Below are positions 16,140 to 25,278 of a stretch of DNA of 32,000 nucleotides, piece after piece. Numbering within the stretch: the stretch's first letter is position 1; every line of letters starts with the position of its first letter. Made by a program: the position numbers and the translations under genes. The DNA is from Megasphaera elsdenii DSM 20460. Lineage in GTDB: Bacteria; Bacillota; Negativicutes; Veillonellales; Megasphaeraceae. Below the pieces are notes generated by a model. The model worked only from the letters and a program-made list of their open reading frames with translations. It did not search any database and was not told the origin of the DNA. The stretch is taken from assembly GCF_003010495.1 (NCBI RefSeq), contig NZ_CP027570.1:120001-152000 (forward strand), given 5' to 3'.

Positions 16140-18482
16140 CTATTTCTTCTTTTTCTTGCCGCGGCTCTTCCGGCCTTTTCCCTTGCGCGCCGCTTTGCGG
16201 CCGGATTTCTTTTCTTTGCGGCCTTTCTTGTCCTTCTTGTCTTTCTTTCCCTTCTTGCCGATGGCCCCGGCGAACCAGTTGCGCTTGGTATCGGTGTCCT
16301 TCTTGTCGCTGTGCTTCCGTTTATGGCGCCGTTCGGCACTGGCTGCCATCAGCTGCTGGACGTCTTCCAGCGATTCATAGCGGCCCGGGACGAAGTCGAT
16401 TTCGCATTTTTCCACATTGACCTGGGCCAGGGTGACTTCCATGGCATCGCCCAAGCGGTAGACCTTGCCGCCGTGCTGGCCGCGCAGGGTATACGACGCT
16501 TCATCAAATTCGTAATCGTCGTCGGTGAGCAGGGAAATATGGACCAGGCCTTCGATGCCGTTTTCCAGGCCTACGAAGAGGCCGAAAGACGTAATGCCCG
16601 TAATGTGGGCTTCAAAGGGCTGGCCGATGAAGGGCAGCATGTACTGGCACTTCTTGAGGTCGTCCGTTTCCCGTTCGGCTTCGACGGCAATGCGTTCGCG
16701 CGAGCTGGCCTGGTCGGAAGCGATGGTATGGTACGACAGGGACTGCTGCGATTCTTCCTCGGTCAGCTTGCCCCTGCGCTGGTACTGGCGGATCAGGCGG
16801 TGGACCATGAGGTCCGGGTAGCGGCGGATAGGCGACGTGAAATGGGTATAACATTCCGAAGCCAGGCCGAAGTGGCCGGCATTGGTCGTCGAATAGCGGG
16901 CCTGCTGCATGGAGCGCAAGGCGATGGTCTGGACGACAGCCGCTTCATCGGTCCCCTTGGTCATTTCCAGGAGCTTCTGGAAGTCTGCCGGCTTGACGGC
17001 TTCCGTATCGGGCATGGGCAGGTTGAAACTGGACAGGACGGTCCGCATCATTTCCAGCCGTTCCGGTTCGGGCAGTTCGTGGATACGGTAGACCGACGGG
17101 TTCTCGCTGTCCCGGAGATAGCAGGCTACGGTTTCATTGGCGATGAGCATGCTTTCTTCGACGATCTGTTCGGCAATGGTCCGTTCCCGTTTTTCCAGGC
17201 GCAGCGGCACGCCTTCCGGGTCGAGGATGACCTTGTATTCCGGAAAATCGAAGTCGATGGCCCCGCGGCGGAGGCGCATGTTCTTGAGGATCGTCGACAA
17301 AGACCGCAGTTCGTGGAGCATGGGCATGAAGGGCTGCAAATCATCGGGCACGATGCCTTCCAGGAGGGCCTTGCGGATTTCGACGTAGTTGCAGCGCCGC
17401 TTGACGCGGATGACAGCCGGACCGATGTCGGCCTTGAGGACCTTGCCGTTCTCATCGATTTCCATGACGCAGGTCATGGAGTAACGGTCTTCGTTGGCAT
17501 TGAGGCTGCAGATGCCGTTGGACAGGACCGTCGGCAGCATGGGGATAACCCGGTCGACGAGATAGACGCTGGTGCCGCGGTTATACGCTTCCTGGTCGAT
17601 GGCCGAGCCCGGGCGGACGTAGTAGCTGACGTCGGCAATGTAGACGCCCAGGCGGAAATGGCCGTTGGGCAGGCGGACGACGTCGATGGCATCGTCCAGG
17701 TCCTTGGCATCTTCGCTGTCGATGGTGATGAGCTGGCGGTCGCGGTAATCGCGGCGCCCTGCTTCCAGGGTGACCGCCGTATCGATCTTGGCGGCTTCCT
17801 TCTTGACGTCGTCCGGGAAATCGAAAGGCAGACCGTGGCGGGCCATGATGACCTTGATGTCCAGGTCCTTGTCGCCGTCATAGCCGAGGACTTCCGTCAC
17901 TTCCCCTTCGGCTTTGCGCCCTTCTTCAGGCCACTTGGTGATCTTGACCAGGACGCGGGCACTGCTACGGGCGCCGCCGGTCTTGTCGAGGGGCACGTAG
18001 ATGTCTTCGCGGATCCGTTCGTCGTCAGGCGTGACGAAGGCGCTGTGCTTTTCCAGCTGGAACGTGCCCACCAGGGTCTTGTTGGCCCGTTCGACGATGG
18101 ATACGATTTCCCCTTCCTGTTTGTGCCGGCCGTCGCCGCTGTGCAGGATGCGGACCGTGACCTTATCGTTGTTCATGGCCGTATGGCGGTTCTGTTCGGC
18201 AATATACACGTCTTCTGTCAAATCCTGGCTGAGGACGAAGCCGAACGTCGGCGTATAGCCTTTATAAATGCCGGTTATCTCCTGGGGCTGTTTGGCCGAG
18301 ATATACCGGTCTCCTGCGATTCTCATGAGTTTCTCACTCCTCACTAATTCTTCAAATGTGTCAAATACGTCAGCCAGCCGGGCGCCGGTGATACCGAGCT
18401 GTTCCGCACAGTCCTCGACCGTCGCGCCGCCGCTGTCTTCATTACATATACTTATTATATCATGAGCCAGCTGTAAATCCAT
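16140..18482 (-). CDS. rnr: Ribonuclease R
   Basis: RNB catalytic region (IDSEDAKDLDDA), an S1 domain and a Lys-rich basic C-terminal tail. I prefer the ATG at 18482 (MDLQLAHDII...) because SD GAGGAGGGG lies just upstream; the track start at 18530 adds 16 aa with no SD. Confidence 0.93.
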   Translation of the reverse strand: MDLQLAHDIISICNEDSGGATVEDCAEQLGITGARLADVFDTFEELVRSEKLMRIAGDRYISAKQPQEITGIYKGYTPTFGFVLSQDLTEDVYIAEQNRHTAMNNDKVTVRILHSGDGRHKQEGEIVSIVERANKTLVGTFQLEKHSAFVTPDDERIREDIYVPLDKTGGARSSARVLVKITKWPEEGRKAEGEVTEVLGYDGDKDLDIKVIMARHGLPFDFPDDVKKEAAKIDTAVTLEAGRRDYRDRQLITIDSEDAKDLDDAIDVVRLPNGHFRLGVYIADVSYYVRPGSAIDQEAYNRGTSVYLVDRVIPMLPTVLSNGICSLNANEDRYSMTCVMEIDENGKVLKADIGPAVIRVKRRCNYVEIRKALLEGIVPDDLQPFMPMLHELRSLSTILKNMRLRRGAIDFDFPEYKVILDPEGVPLRLEKRERTIAEQIVEESMLIANETVACYLRDSENPSVYRIHELPEPERLEMMRTVLSSFNLPMPDTEAVKPADFQKLLEMTKGTDEAAVVQTIALRSMQQARYSTTNAGHFGLASECYTHFTSPIRRYPDLMVHRLIRQYQRRGKLTEEESQQSLSYHTIASDQASSRERIAVEAERETDDLKKCQYMLPFIGQPFEAHITGITSFGLFVGLENGIEGLVHISLLTDDDYEFDEASYTLRGQHGGKVYRLGDAMEVTLAQVNVEKCEIDFVPGRYESLEDVQQLMAASAERRHKRKHSDKKDTDTKRNWFAGAIGKKGKKDKKDKKGRKEKKSGRKAARKGKGRKSRGKKKKK

Positions 18483-18511
18483 AGTTCCCCTCCTCAAATC
18501 GCAGTAGTCAG

Positions 18512-18543
18512 AAAAAAGGAGCCGCCGCATATGCGACAGCCCC
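18512..18543 (-). terminator. Rho-independent terminator after secG
   Basis: Minus strand reads GGGGCUGUCGCAUAUGCGGCGGCUCC, a stem of ~10-11 bp including G-U pairs, followed by UUUUUU. Confidence 0.65.
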
Positions 18544-18553
18544 TAATAATTCA

Positions 18554-18790
18554 TTAAAAAGTATGCATCAGTCTGCCTAACAGCAATGTACAAATGGCAA
18601 ATGCTATCGACAAGACGATAGTCAGTTTGGAAAGCAGGGCATCCATGCCGCGGGCCCGGCTCCCGAACAAGTCTTCGGCACCGCCGCCGAAACCGGCGCC
18701 CATGCCCTGGGTCTTGCTCTTCTGTGCCACGACGACACCGATGATGAGCAGTGCCAAAATGACAACGATGATTTCTAATGCTGTGATCAC
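18554..18790 (-). CDS. secG: Preprotein translocase subunit SecG
   Basis: Two TM helices flank a Gly-rich loop (GMGAGFGGGAEDLFG). I prefer the GTG at 18790, 6 nt after SD GAGGAGG. The track start at 18805 lies inside that SD. Confidence 0.85.
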   Translation of the reverse strand: MITALEIIVVILALLIIGVVVAQKSKTQGMGAGFGGGAEDLFGSRARGMDALLSKLTIVLSIAFAICTLLLGRLMHTF

Positions 18791-18834
18791 GCTAATCCTC
18801 CTCACACAATGACGCTAACAGTACTATTGTACAC

Positions 18835-19542
18835 TCATTTGCCGTTTCTATCAATAGGTTCTTTCCCTTTCTCATCCGGTTCTTCTTCCTTTTCGGCATT
18901 GCGCGTTTCCAGATAATGTTCCAGCTTGCGTTTGACCCGCTGCAGGGCGTTGTCGATGGATTTGACGTGCCGGTGAAGCTGGCGGGACATCTCGTTGTAA
19001 GACTTGCCGTCGAGATAGGCCGTCAGGACCTGCCATTCCAGATCGCTGAGGATCTCATTCATCTTCAGTTCGATATCATTGAATTCTTCACGGCTGATGA
19101 CCAGCTCTTCGGGATCGCTGACGCGGATGCCTGCCAGGATGTCCTGCAGGGTCCGGTCCGATTCGTCTTCATAGACGGGCTTGTTGAGGGACACATACGA
19201 GTTGAGGGGGATGTGTTTCTGCCGCGTCGCCGTCTTGATGGCCGTAATGATCTGCCGGGTAATGCACAACTCGGCGAAGGCCCGGAACGACGACAGCTTG
19301 TCGCCGCGAAAATCCCGCGTCGCTTTGTAGAGGCCGATCATGCCTTCCTGGATGATGTCATCCCGGTCGGCGCCGACCAGGAAGTAGGCGCGGGCTTTGG
19401 ATTTGACGAAGTTGCGATACTTGTTGACGATATAATCGGCCGCCTTGCCATCATGCTCATCCTGGGCGATGCGTACGATTTCTTCATCGGTCATGCCTGC
19501 AAAGCGGTCATTTCTTTCTTCTGCATGGGACGCTGCCTGCAT
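18835..19542 (-). CDS. sigH: RNA polymerase sigma factor SigH (Spo0H type)
   Basis: 235 aa. Region-2 pattern DIIQEGMIGLYKATRDFRGDKLSSFRAFAELCITRQIITAIKTATRQKH is typical of Firmicute SigH. Its position after rlmB matches Bacillus synteny. Confidence 0.85.
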   Translation of the reverse strand: MQAASHAEERNDRFAGMTDEEIVRIAQDEHDGKAADYIVNKYRNFVKSKARAYFLVGADRDDIIQEGMIGLYKATRDFRGDKLSSFRAFAELCITRQIITAIKTATRQKHIPLNSYVSLNKPVYEDESDRTLQDILAGIRVSDPEELVISREEFNDIELKMNEILSDLEWQVLTAYLDGKSYNEMSRQLHRHVKSIDNALQRVKRKLEHYLETRNAEKEEEPDEKGKEPIDRNGK

Positions 19543-19571
19543 AATCGTTACCTCGCTTATCTAATGTTGAT

Positions 19572-20318
19572 TTATTCGCCTGCCTGCCGCTGCCGCACGA
19601 CTTCATACATGAGCAGGGCCGCTGCGACGGAGGCGTTGAGGGAATTGACGTGGCCGAACATGGGGATCTGGACCAGGACGTCGCACGTCTCCTTGACCAG
19701 GTGCGAAATGCCCCGGCCTTCGCTGCCGATGACCAGGACCACCGGGTCCGTCAGGGAACTGTGGAAATAGTCCGTCTCGCCATCCATGTCGGCGCCGATG
19801 ACCCAGAAGCCGCGCTTCTTGAGCTGCTTCAGCGTCTGGGCGATGTTGCCGATCTGTACGAGGGGCATGTATTCGACGGCGCCAGCCGACGTCTTGCCGA
19901 CGGTCTCGTTGATGGGCGCCGTCCGCCGTTTCGGCAGGAGGACGGCATCGACGCCGGCACATTCTGCCGTGCGGATGATGGCCCCCATGTTGTGGACGTC
20001 TTCAATGCCGTCGAGGAGGACCAGGAACGGTACCTTCCCCTTTTCATCGGCAGCGATGAGGACGTCTGTCAAATCGGCGTATTCCACGGGCTTGGCAAAG
20101 GCGATGACCCCCTGGTGGCGGTTGCCCGGTGCCAGGTGGTTGAGGACCTTCAGGGGCACGTCTTCGACGAGAATCTCCTTCCGGTCTGCCAGGTCGCGGA
20201 TGCGCTGCAGCGGCTGCGATTCGTTGCCGGCAGCGACGTACAGCTTGGTGATGGACCGGCCGGCCTTCAGGGCTTCGGTGACACTGTTGCGGCCGATGAT
20301 GATATTTGCCTCACTCAT
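19572..20318 (-). CDS. rlmB: TrmH/SpoU-family 23S rRNA 2'-O-methyltransferase (RlmB/YacO-like)
   Basis: 248 aa. SpoU motifs are present (NMGAIIRTAE, VIGSEGRGIS, IPMFGHVNSLNASVAA). ATGA overlap with mrnC. Confidence 0.85.
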   Translation of the reverse strand: MSEANIIIGRNSVTEALKAGRSITKLYVAAGNESQPLQRIRDLADRKEILVEDVPLKVLNHLAPGNRHQGVIAFAKPVEYADLTDVLIAADEKGKVPFLVLLDGIEDVHNMGAIIRTAECAGVDAVLLPKRRTAPINETVGKTSAGAVEYMPLVQIGNIAQTLKQLKKRGFWVIGADMDGETDYFHSSLTDPVVLVIGSEGRGISHLVKETCDVLVQIPMFGHVNSLNASVAAALLMYEVVRQRQAGE

Positions 20319-20800
20319 TCCATTCCTCCATGTTTCTCGTTACAATAGGCCTTCGTTTCTTCATAGACCTGGCCCATGACGGTGTCCAGCCGTTCCTGAC
20401 GGCCGGCCATGACCAGGTAGCCCACCAGGGCTTCCAGGGCCGTACTGTCGTGGTATTCGGCGACAGTCGCGCTCTTGGGCGCCAGGGTATAGGCATTGCG
20501 GGCCCGCTGACAAACAGCCTTCTCTTCGTCCGTCAGGCCGTCGTGGATGCGGCGGTAGACATAGGCCTGGGCCTTGGCCGATACAAATTCTGCCGCCAGC
20601 GTGTGCAGGACCTGGACGTGGGGGATGCCCGTTTCCACCAGGCGCTTGCGCAGGGTCAGGGCGTAATAGGCATCGCCGACGAAAGCCAGGTTGATCGAGT
20701 CGAGATGGGCCGCATCCTGGTCGGGCACGTCCAGGCGCTTGCCGTCGGCAAAGGCCCGATAGGCCCGTTTCTTTAAAGCTTGCAGTTGTTTGAATTTCAC
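20315..20800 (-). CDS. mrnC: Mini-ribonuclease 3
   Basis: 161 aa with the RNase III-like motif LAFVGDAYYALTLR. The GTG start overlaps the cysS stop (GTGA). Position matches cysS-mrnC-rlmB synteny. Confidence 0.85.
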   Translation of the reverse strand: MKFKQLQALKKRAYRAFADGKRLDVPDQDAAHLDSINLAFVGDAYYALTLRKRLVETGIPHVQVLHTLAAEFVSAKAQAYVYRRIHDGLTDEEKAVCQRARNAYTLAPKSATVAEYHDSTALEALVGYLVMAGRQERLDTVMGQVYEETKAYCNEKHGGME

Positions 20801-22242
20801 TTTTTCCAGCGTGCTCCCTGCGGCGAATCTTCGATAGTGATGCCAAGGGCAGCCAGTTTATCGCGGATGGCGTCGGCCAGGGCGTACTGCTTCTGGGCAC
20901 GGCATTCCTGACGGATGTCGAGGATGGCCTGCATAAGGTCGTCGTAATCCTTGCTGCTGGCATCTTCCTTCTTGCCGGTCCAGCGGTCTTCGAGGATGCC
21001 CAGGATGTCCGTGAAGGTCTTGAAGACGCGTTTGACTTCCGACAGGGCTGCCGAATCGACGGGGACGCCGTTGTTGACGACGGCATTCTTGAAGATGTTG
21101 ACGTTCTTGGCCAAGTCGAACATGGCGGCGCTGGCCAGGGCCGTATTGAAATCGTCGCACATGGCGTTTTCAAAGGCTTCTTCGTCTTTGTGAGCCGTTT
21201 CCAGGAGCTGCTGGGCTTCCGGCGATTTAGCACCGGCCGGCATAGCCAGGAGTTCCAGGACGTTGTCGATAGCTGTACCCAGACGTTCGAGGCTGCGCGT
21301 CATTTCTTCCAGCCGTTCATCGCTGAAGTCCAAGGGGCTGCGGTAGTGGTTGGAAATGAGGAAGAAGCGCAGGGCATCGGGGCTGTAGTGTTCCAGGACG
21401 TCCTTGACCAGGAAGAAGTTGTTCAGGGACTTGCTCATCTTTTCCGAATTGATGGTGATGAAGCCGTTGTGGAGCCAGTATTTGACCATGGGTTTCTTGC
21501 CGGTGAAGGCTTCGGACTGGGCGATTTCGTTTTCATGGTGCGGGAAGATGAGGTCGCTGCCGCCGCCGTGGAAATCGAAGGTATCGCCGAGGTATTTATT
21601 GCTCATAGCCGAACATTCGATGTGCCAGCCCGGACGGCCTTTGCCCCAAGGGCTGTCCCAAGACGGTTCGCCAGGTTTAGCCCCTTTCCAGAGAGCGAAG
21701 TCCATGGGATTGTGTTTGCGGTCGTCGACTTCGATGCGGGCGCCGGCCATCATGTCGTCGAGGCTGCGGCCGCTCAATTCGCCGTAGTCGTTAAATTTTT
21801 CGACGCTGTAATAGACGTCGTGGTCGATGACATAGGCATAGCCTTTGTCGATGAGGGTCTGGACCATGTGGATGATTTCATCCATGTGTTCCGAAACGCG
21901 GGGATATTTGTCGGCCCGGCGGATATGGAGCTTGTCCATAACTTCGAAGTACGATGCGATATAGCGGTTGGAAATGGTATCCCACGTGACGCCTTCGCCG
22001 TTGGCGGCGTTGATGATCTTGTCGTCGACGTCGGTGAAGTTCTGGATGTGCGTGACTTCATAGCCCAAGTGTTCCAGATAGCGTTTGATGACGTCCCATG
22101 TGACGAAAGGACGGGCATTGCCCATGTGGGAATGGTTGTACGGCGTGATGCCGCAGACATACATCTTGACCTGGCCCGGCGTAACGGGTACGAAGGTTTC
22201 TTTCTTGCGGGTCAATGTATTATATACTTTCAGTTCTCTCAT
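20797..22242 (-). CDS. cysS: Cysteine--tRNA ligase
   Basis: Class I motifs HMGNARP (HIGH) and KMSKS. The true start is MRELKVYNTLT at 22242 (SD GGGAGG). The 53 extra aa in the track ORF read through the T-box leader. Confidence 0.95.
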   Translation of the reverse strand: MRELKVYNTLTRKKETFVPVTPGQVKMYVCGITPYNHSHMGNARPFVTWDVIKRYLEHLGYEVTHIQNFTDVDDKIINAANGEGVTWDTISNRYIASYFEVMDKLHIRRADKYPRVSEHMDEIIHMVQTLIDKGYAYVIDHDVYYSVEKFNDYGELSGRSLDDMMAGARIEVDDRKHNPMDFALWKGAKPGEPSWDSPWGKGRPGWHIECSAMSNKYLGDTFDFHGGGSDLIFPHHENEIAQSEAFTGKKPMVKYWLHNGFITINSEKMSKSLNNFFLVKDVLEHYSPDALRFFLISNHYRSPLDFSDERLEEMTRSLERLGTAIDNVLELLAMPAGAKSPEAQQLLETAHKDEEAFENAMCDDFNTALASAAMFDLAKNVNIFKNAVVNNGVPVDSAALSEVKRVFKTFTDILGILEDRWTGKKEDASSKDYDDLMQAILDIRQECRAQKQYALADAIRDKLAALGITIEDSPQGARWKK

Positions 22243-22261
22243 ACGGTAACCTCCCTGAAAT

Positions 22262-22500
22262 TTGAACAAAAAAGCCACCATCCCCGATGACAGAGACGGT
22301 GGCCCGTGGTTCCACTCTGTTTTTACGGCACAGCCGTAATCTTTACTGCGCAGTAACGGGCGCACCCGGACCGGATTACTCCTTTCACCCGGCCTGCTCA
22401 CAAAGGCAGCATTGCAGTTTTATGACCTGGAAAGGCTCTCAGCCGTGACCCTTCCTCTCTGTCGGATGCCACTGCAACTCATTTTGATCATCGCAGATTC
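22262..22500 (-). promoter_or_regulatory. T-box riboswitch leader with a cysteine (UGC) specifier and terminator/antiterminator
   Basis: Minus-strand elements in order: GA/K-turn motif UGCGAUGA (22488-22495); AGAGAG box; distal loop GCUGAGAG; specifier loop AUAAAACUGCA with UGC at 22414-22416 followed by A; T-box sequence AGUGGAACCACGG (within 22298-22318); terminator GCCACCGUC...GGGGAUGGUGGC plus U6 (22268-22303). Confidence 0.85.
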
Positions 22501-22517
22501 TTATTGATACATATTAT

Positions 22518-22546
22518 TAATTAATATGTATGTATATAGTACCCAA
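22518..22546 (-). promoter_or_regulatory. Candidate promoter for the T-box-cysS operon
   Basis: Minus strand reads TTGGGT (22541-22546), a 17-nt spacer, then TAATTA (22518-22523), about 20 nt upstream of T-box stem I. The hexamers are weak. Confidence 0.35.
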
Positions 22547-22591
22547 TAATCCGTGCCCTGTCAAGTGCGAATTTAATTTGCAGATGGCAGT

Positions 22592-22620
22592 AAAAGGCGC
22601 CCCTAATAGGGGAGGCATTT
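22592..22620 (-). terminator. Weak hairpin after gltX (possible terminator)
   Basis: CCCCU-AUU-AGGGG core with partial extension. On the minus strand the tail is only CUUUUAC; the clean T6 run is on the plus strand. Confidence 0.3.
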
Positions 22621-22621
22621 T

Positions 22622-24076
22622 TTATCCGCAAATCTTATCGAGGCGCTGGAGGACCTTGTCGCGGCCCATGAGGGCGACGATGACGTTCAGATCCGGGCCG
22701 TGCATGACACCGGTGACGGCGACGCGGATGGGCATGTAGACGAACTTGCCTTTGACCTTGAGGCCCTTCTGGATTTTCTTGAACAGGGGCTGTACCGTGT
22801 CGGGCGTGACGTCGTCGAGGGCAGCCAGTTCATCGCGGAACATCTTGAGGACGGACGGAGCCGTTTCTTCTTTGAGGACAGCTGCCGTTTCTTCATTTTC
22901 CGGTGCGTAGTCGTCGGTGAAGAAGACCTTGGCAGCATCGACAATCTGAGCGCCGTACTGGACGTGTTCGCGCATAGCCGCGCAGACGGATTTCAGCCAA
23001 GCGGCTTCCGTTTCATCTGGCGTTTCGCTGGCATAGCCGGCCTTCTGCAGGTGCGGCAGGCAGACGGCATAAAGCTGGTCTTCATCGAGCTGCTTCATAT
23101 AATGGAAGTTAATCCAGTTCAATTTTTCGATGTCGAATACGGCCGGGTTCTTGGCGACGCGGTCGAGGGTGAACTGTTCGATGAGTTCGTCGCGGCTGAA
23201 GATTTCCTGATCGCCATCGGGCGTCCAGCCGAGGAGAGCCAGGAAGTTGACCAGGGCATCAGGCAAATAGCCCATGTCGCGGTACTGCTGGACCGAGGTG
23301 GCGCCGTGGCGCTTGCTCATCTTCTTCTTGTCGGCGCCGAGGATCAGCGAGACGTGGGCGAACTTCGGTGCTTCGAAGCCCAGGGCCTTGTAGATGACGA
23401 GCTGGCGCGGCGTGTTGGAAAGATGTTCTTCCGCGCGGATGACGTGGGTGATGTGCATCAGGGCATCGTCGAGGACGACACAGTAGTTATAGACCGGGAT
23501 GCCGTCGGATTTGACGATGACGAAGTCGCCGACATTGTTGGAGTCGAAGGATACGTGGCCGCGGACGAGGTCGTCCAGTTCAATCGTTTCGTTCTTCGGC
23601 GTCTTGATACGGATGACATGGGGACGGCCTTCCCTGAGGTACTGTTCGACCGTTTCCTTGGGCAGGTCGGCACATTTGCCGGAGTAGACCGGCGTTTCGC
23701 CCTTGGCCAGCTGAGCCTGTTTTTCTGCTTCCAGTTCTTCTGGCGTACAGAAACAGTAATAAGCCTTGCCTTCAGCTAAGAGCTTTTCCGTATATTTCTT
23801 GTAGATGTCCAGGCGTTCCGTCTGGCGGTACGGGCCGTTCGGGCCGCCGACATCGATGCCTTCATCCCAGTTGATGCCCAGCCATTTCAGGGCTTCCTTG
23901 ATATTTTCTTCTGATTCCGACGTCGAACGCTTGCGGTCCGTATCTTCGATGCGGACGACGAACTTACCGTGGTTGTGCTTGGCAACGAGGTAGTTGAACA
24001 GTGCCGAACGGGCACCACCGATGTGGAACGGGCCTGTCGGGCTCGGAGCAAAACGAACGCGTACTTCCTGTGACAT
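22622..24076 (-). CDS. gltX: Glutamate--tRNA ligase
   Basis: 484 aa. N-terminus VRVRFAPSPTGPFHIGGARSALFNYL (HIGH region) and KMSKRHG (KMSKS). Confidence 0.97.
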   Translation of the reverse strand: MSQEVRVRFAPSPTGPFHIGGARSALFNYLVAKHNHGKFVVRIEDTDRKRSTSESEENIKEALKWLGINWDEGIDVGGPNGPYRQTERLDIYKKYTEKLLAEGKAYYCFCTPEELEAEKQAQLAKGETPVYSGKCADLPKETVEQYLREGRPHVIRIKTPKNETIELDDLVRGHVSFDSNNVGDFVIVKSDGIPVYNYCVVLDDALMHITHVIRAEEHLSNTPRQLVIYKALGFEAPKFAHVSLILGADKKKMSKRHGATSVQQYRDMGYLPDALVNFLALLGWTPDGDQEIFSRDELIEQFTLDRVAKNPAVFDIEKLNWINFHYMKQLDEDQLYAVCLPHLQKAGYASETPDETEAAWLKSVCAAMREHVQYGAQIVDAAKVFFTDDYAPENEETAAVLKEETAPSVLKMFRDELAALDDVTPDTVQPLFKKIQKGLKVKGKFVYMPIRVAVTGVMHGPDLNVIVALMGRDKVLQRLDKICG

Positions 24077-24108
24077 AAAAGATTCCTCCTAAAGACTATA
24101 TATATGTA

Positions 24109-25278
24109 TTATTGATAGCTAAGGACCATGGCTGCCGCCTGGGCTGCCATGCCTTCTTCCCGGCCGACGAACCCCAATTTCTCTGTCGTCGTCGCCTTGA
24201 CGGAGACAGCAGCCTTAGGGATACGCAAGGCCTCGGCAATATTCGCAATCATCTGCGGCACATAGGGCTTGATTTTAGGCCGTTGTGCCAATAAGGTCAC
24301 GTCGAGATTGACGATGCGGCAACATTTCTCCCGCAACAGATGGCGGACCTTTTCTAAGAGGACCAGGCTGGAAATGTCCTTGAAAGCCTGATCCATATCG
24401 GGAAAATACGTCCCGATATCGCGGAGCCCGGCGGCTCCCAGCAGGGCGTCCATGATGGCGTGGATGACGACGTCGGCGTCAGAATGGCCGTCGAGGCCCC
24501 GTTCAAAGGGAATCTCGACGCCGCCCAGGACCAGGCGCCGCCCTTCCTTCAGGCGGTGGACGTCATAGCCTGTGCCGATGCGCTGGACTTCCCGTCCTTT
24601 CATGTACAGGGACAGAATGGGAATGTCGTCGCGCGTCGTCACCTTGCGGTTCTTCTCGCTCCCTTCAAGGATGACGACGGGCACGCCCATGGCTTCGACG
24701 AGGGATGCATCATCGGTAGCCTGAATGCCTTCAGCCCGGGCATGCTCATGGGCTTCCACGAGCAGGTCACGGTGAAAAATCTGCGGCGTCTGGGCCGCTA
24801 CCAGGCGGCTGCGGTTCAGCGTATGGAGGCGGCCGTCGTCGCCGCGGACCTTGACCGTATCCTTGAGGGGAATGCCGTAAATGGCGGCCCGGGCCGTTTC
24901 CATCATGGCCGCGCCCTGGTCATACCAGTCGGGACCGGCAAAGGGCCGGGCGCCGTCGTGGACTATGACCACGTCCATGTCGCGGCTGACGGCCATGAGG
25001 CCGTTGTAGACCGAATCTTCCCGCTCGGCTCCGCCCAGGGCATAGCGCACGGGCTGGATGGGATGGAGGTCATCGACAAGGCGGCGGATTTCCTTCTCAT
25101 CGACGCGGGAGTGGACGATGACCACTTCGCTGACCGACCGGGCCGCAAAGATGTGGCGCAGGGTATGCGCCAGGACGGGCTCACCGCACAAGGGATAGAA
25201 GAGCTTGTTCCGCTCGTAGCCGAAGCGGCTCCCCGTGCCGGCCGCTACGACGATGACAGATACTTTCACACATTTCAC
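24109..25278 (-). CDS. ispDF: Bifunctional IspD/IspF (MEP cytidylyltransferase / MEcPP synthase)
   Basis: 389 aa. IspD N-terminus [13 protein letters not shown]. IspF C-terminal half has [11 protein letters not shown] and [19 protein letters not shown]. Confidence 0.92.
   Translation of the reverse strand: MKCVKVSVIVVAAGTGSRFGYERNKLFYPLCGEPVLAHTLRHIFAARSVSEVVIVHSRVDEKEIRRLVDDLHPIQPVRYALGGAEREDSVYNGLMAVSRDMDVVIVHDGARPFAGPDWYDQGAAMMETARAAIYGIPLKDTVKVRGDDGRLHTLNRSRLVAAQTPQIFHRDLLVEAHEHARAEGIQATDDASLVEAMGVPVVILEGSEKNRKVTTRDDIPILSLYMKGREVQRIGTGYDVHRLKEGRRLVLGGVEIPFERGLDGHSDADVVIHAIMDALLGAAGLRDIGTYFPDMDQAFKDISSLVLLEKVRHLLREKCCRIVNLDVTLLAQRPKIKPYVPQMIANIAEALRIPKAAVSVKATTTEKLGFVGREEGMAAQAAAMVLSYQ

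Noticed and set aside
18483-18530. 16-codon extension of rnr (track start 18530), and the GTG at 18805 for secG.
   Set aside because: Neither upstream start has an SD. In both cases an internal start sits at proper distance from GAGGAGG. The 18805 GTG is itself part of the SD.
20361-21233. 290-aa minus-strand ORF overlapping cysS and mrnC in another frame, plus other Pro/Arg/Ser-rich alternative-frame ORFs such as 9326-9931(-) and 10882-11565(+).
   Set aside because: They are out-of-frame overlaps of well-supported genes. The P/R/S/A-rich composition is typical of off-frame translation of G+C-rich coding sequence.
22243-22401. 53-codon N-terminal extension of cysS in the ORF track (start at 22401).
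   Set aside because: The extension reads through the T-box terminator and antiterminator. A strong SD (GGGAGG) precedes the internal ATG at 22242, which gives the canonical MRELKVYNTLT N-terminus.
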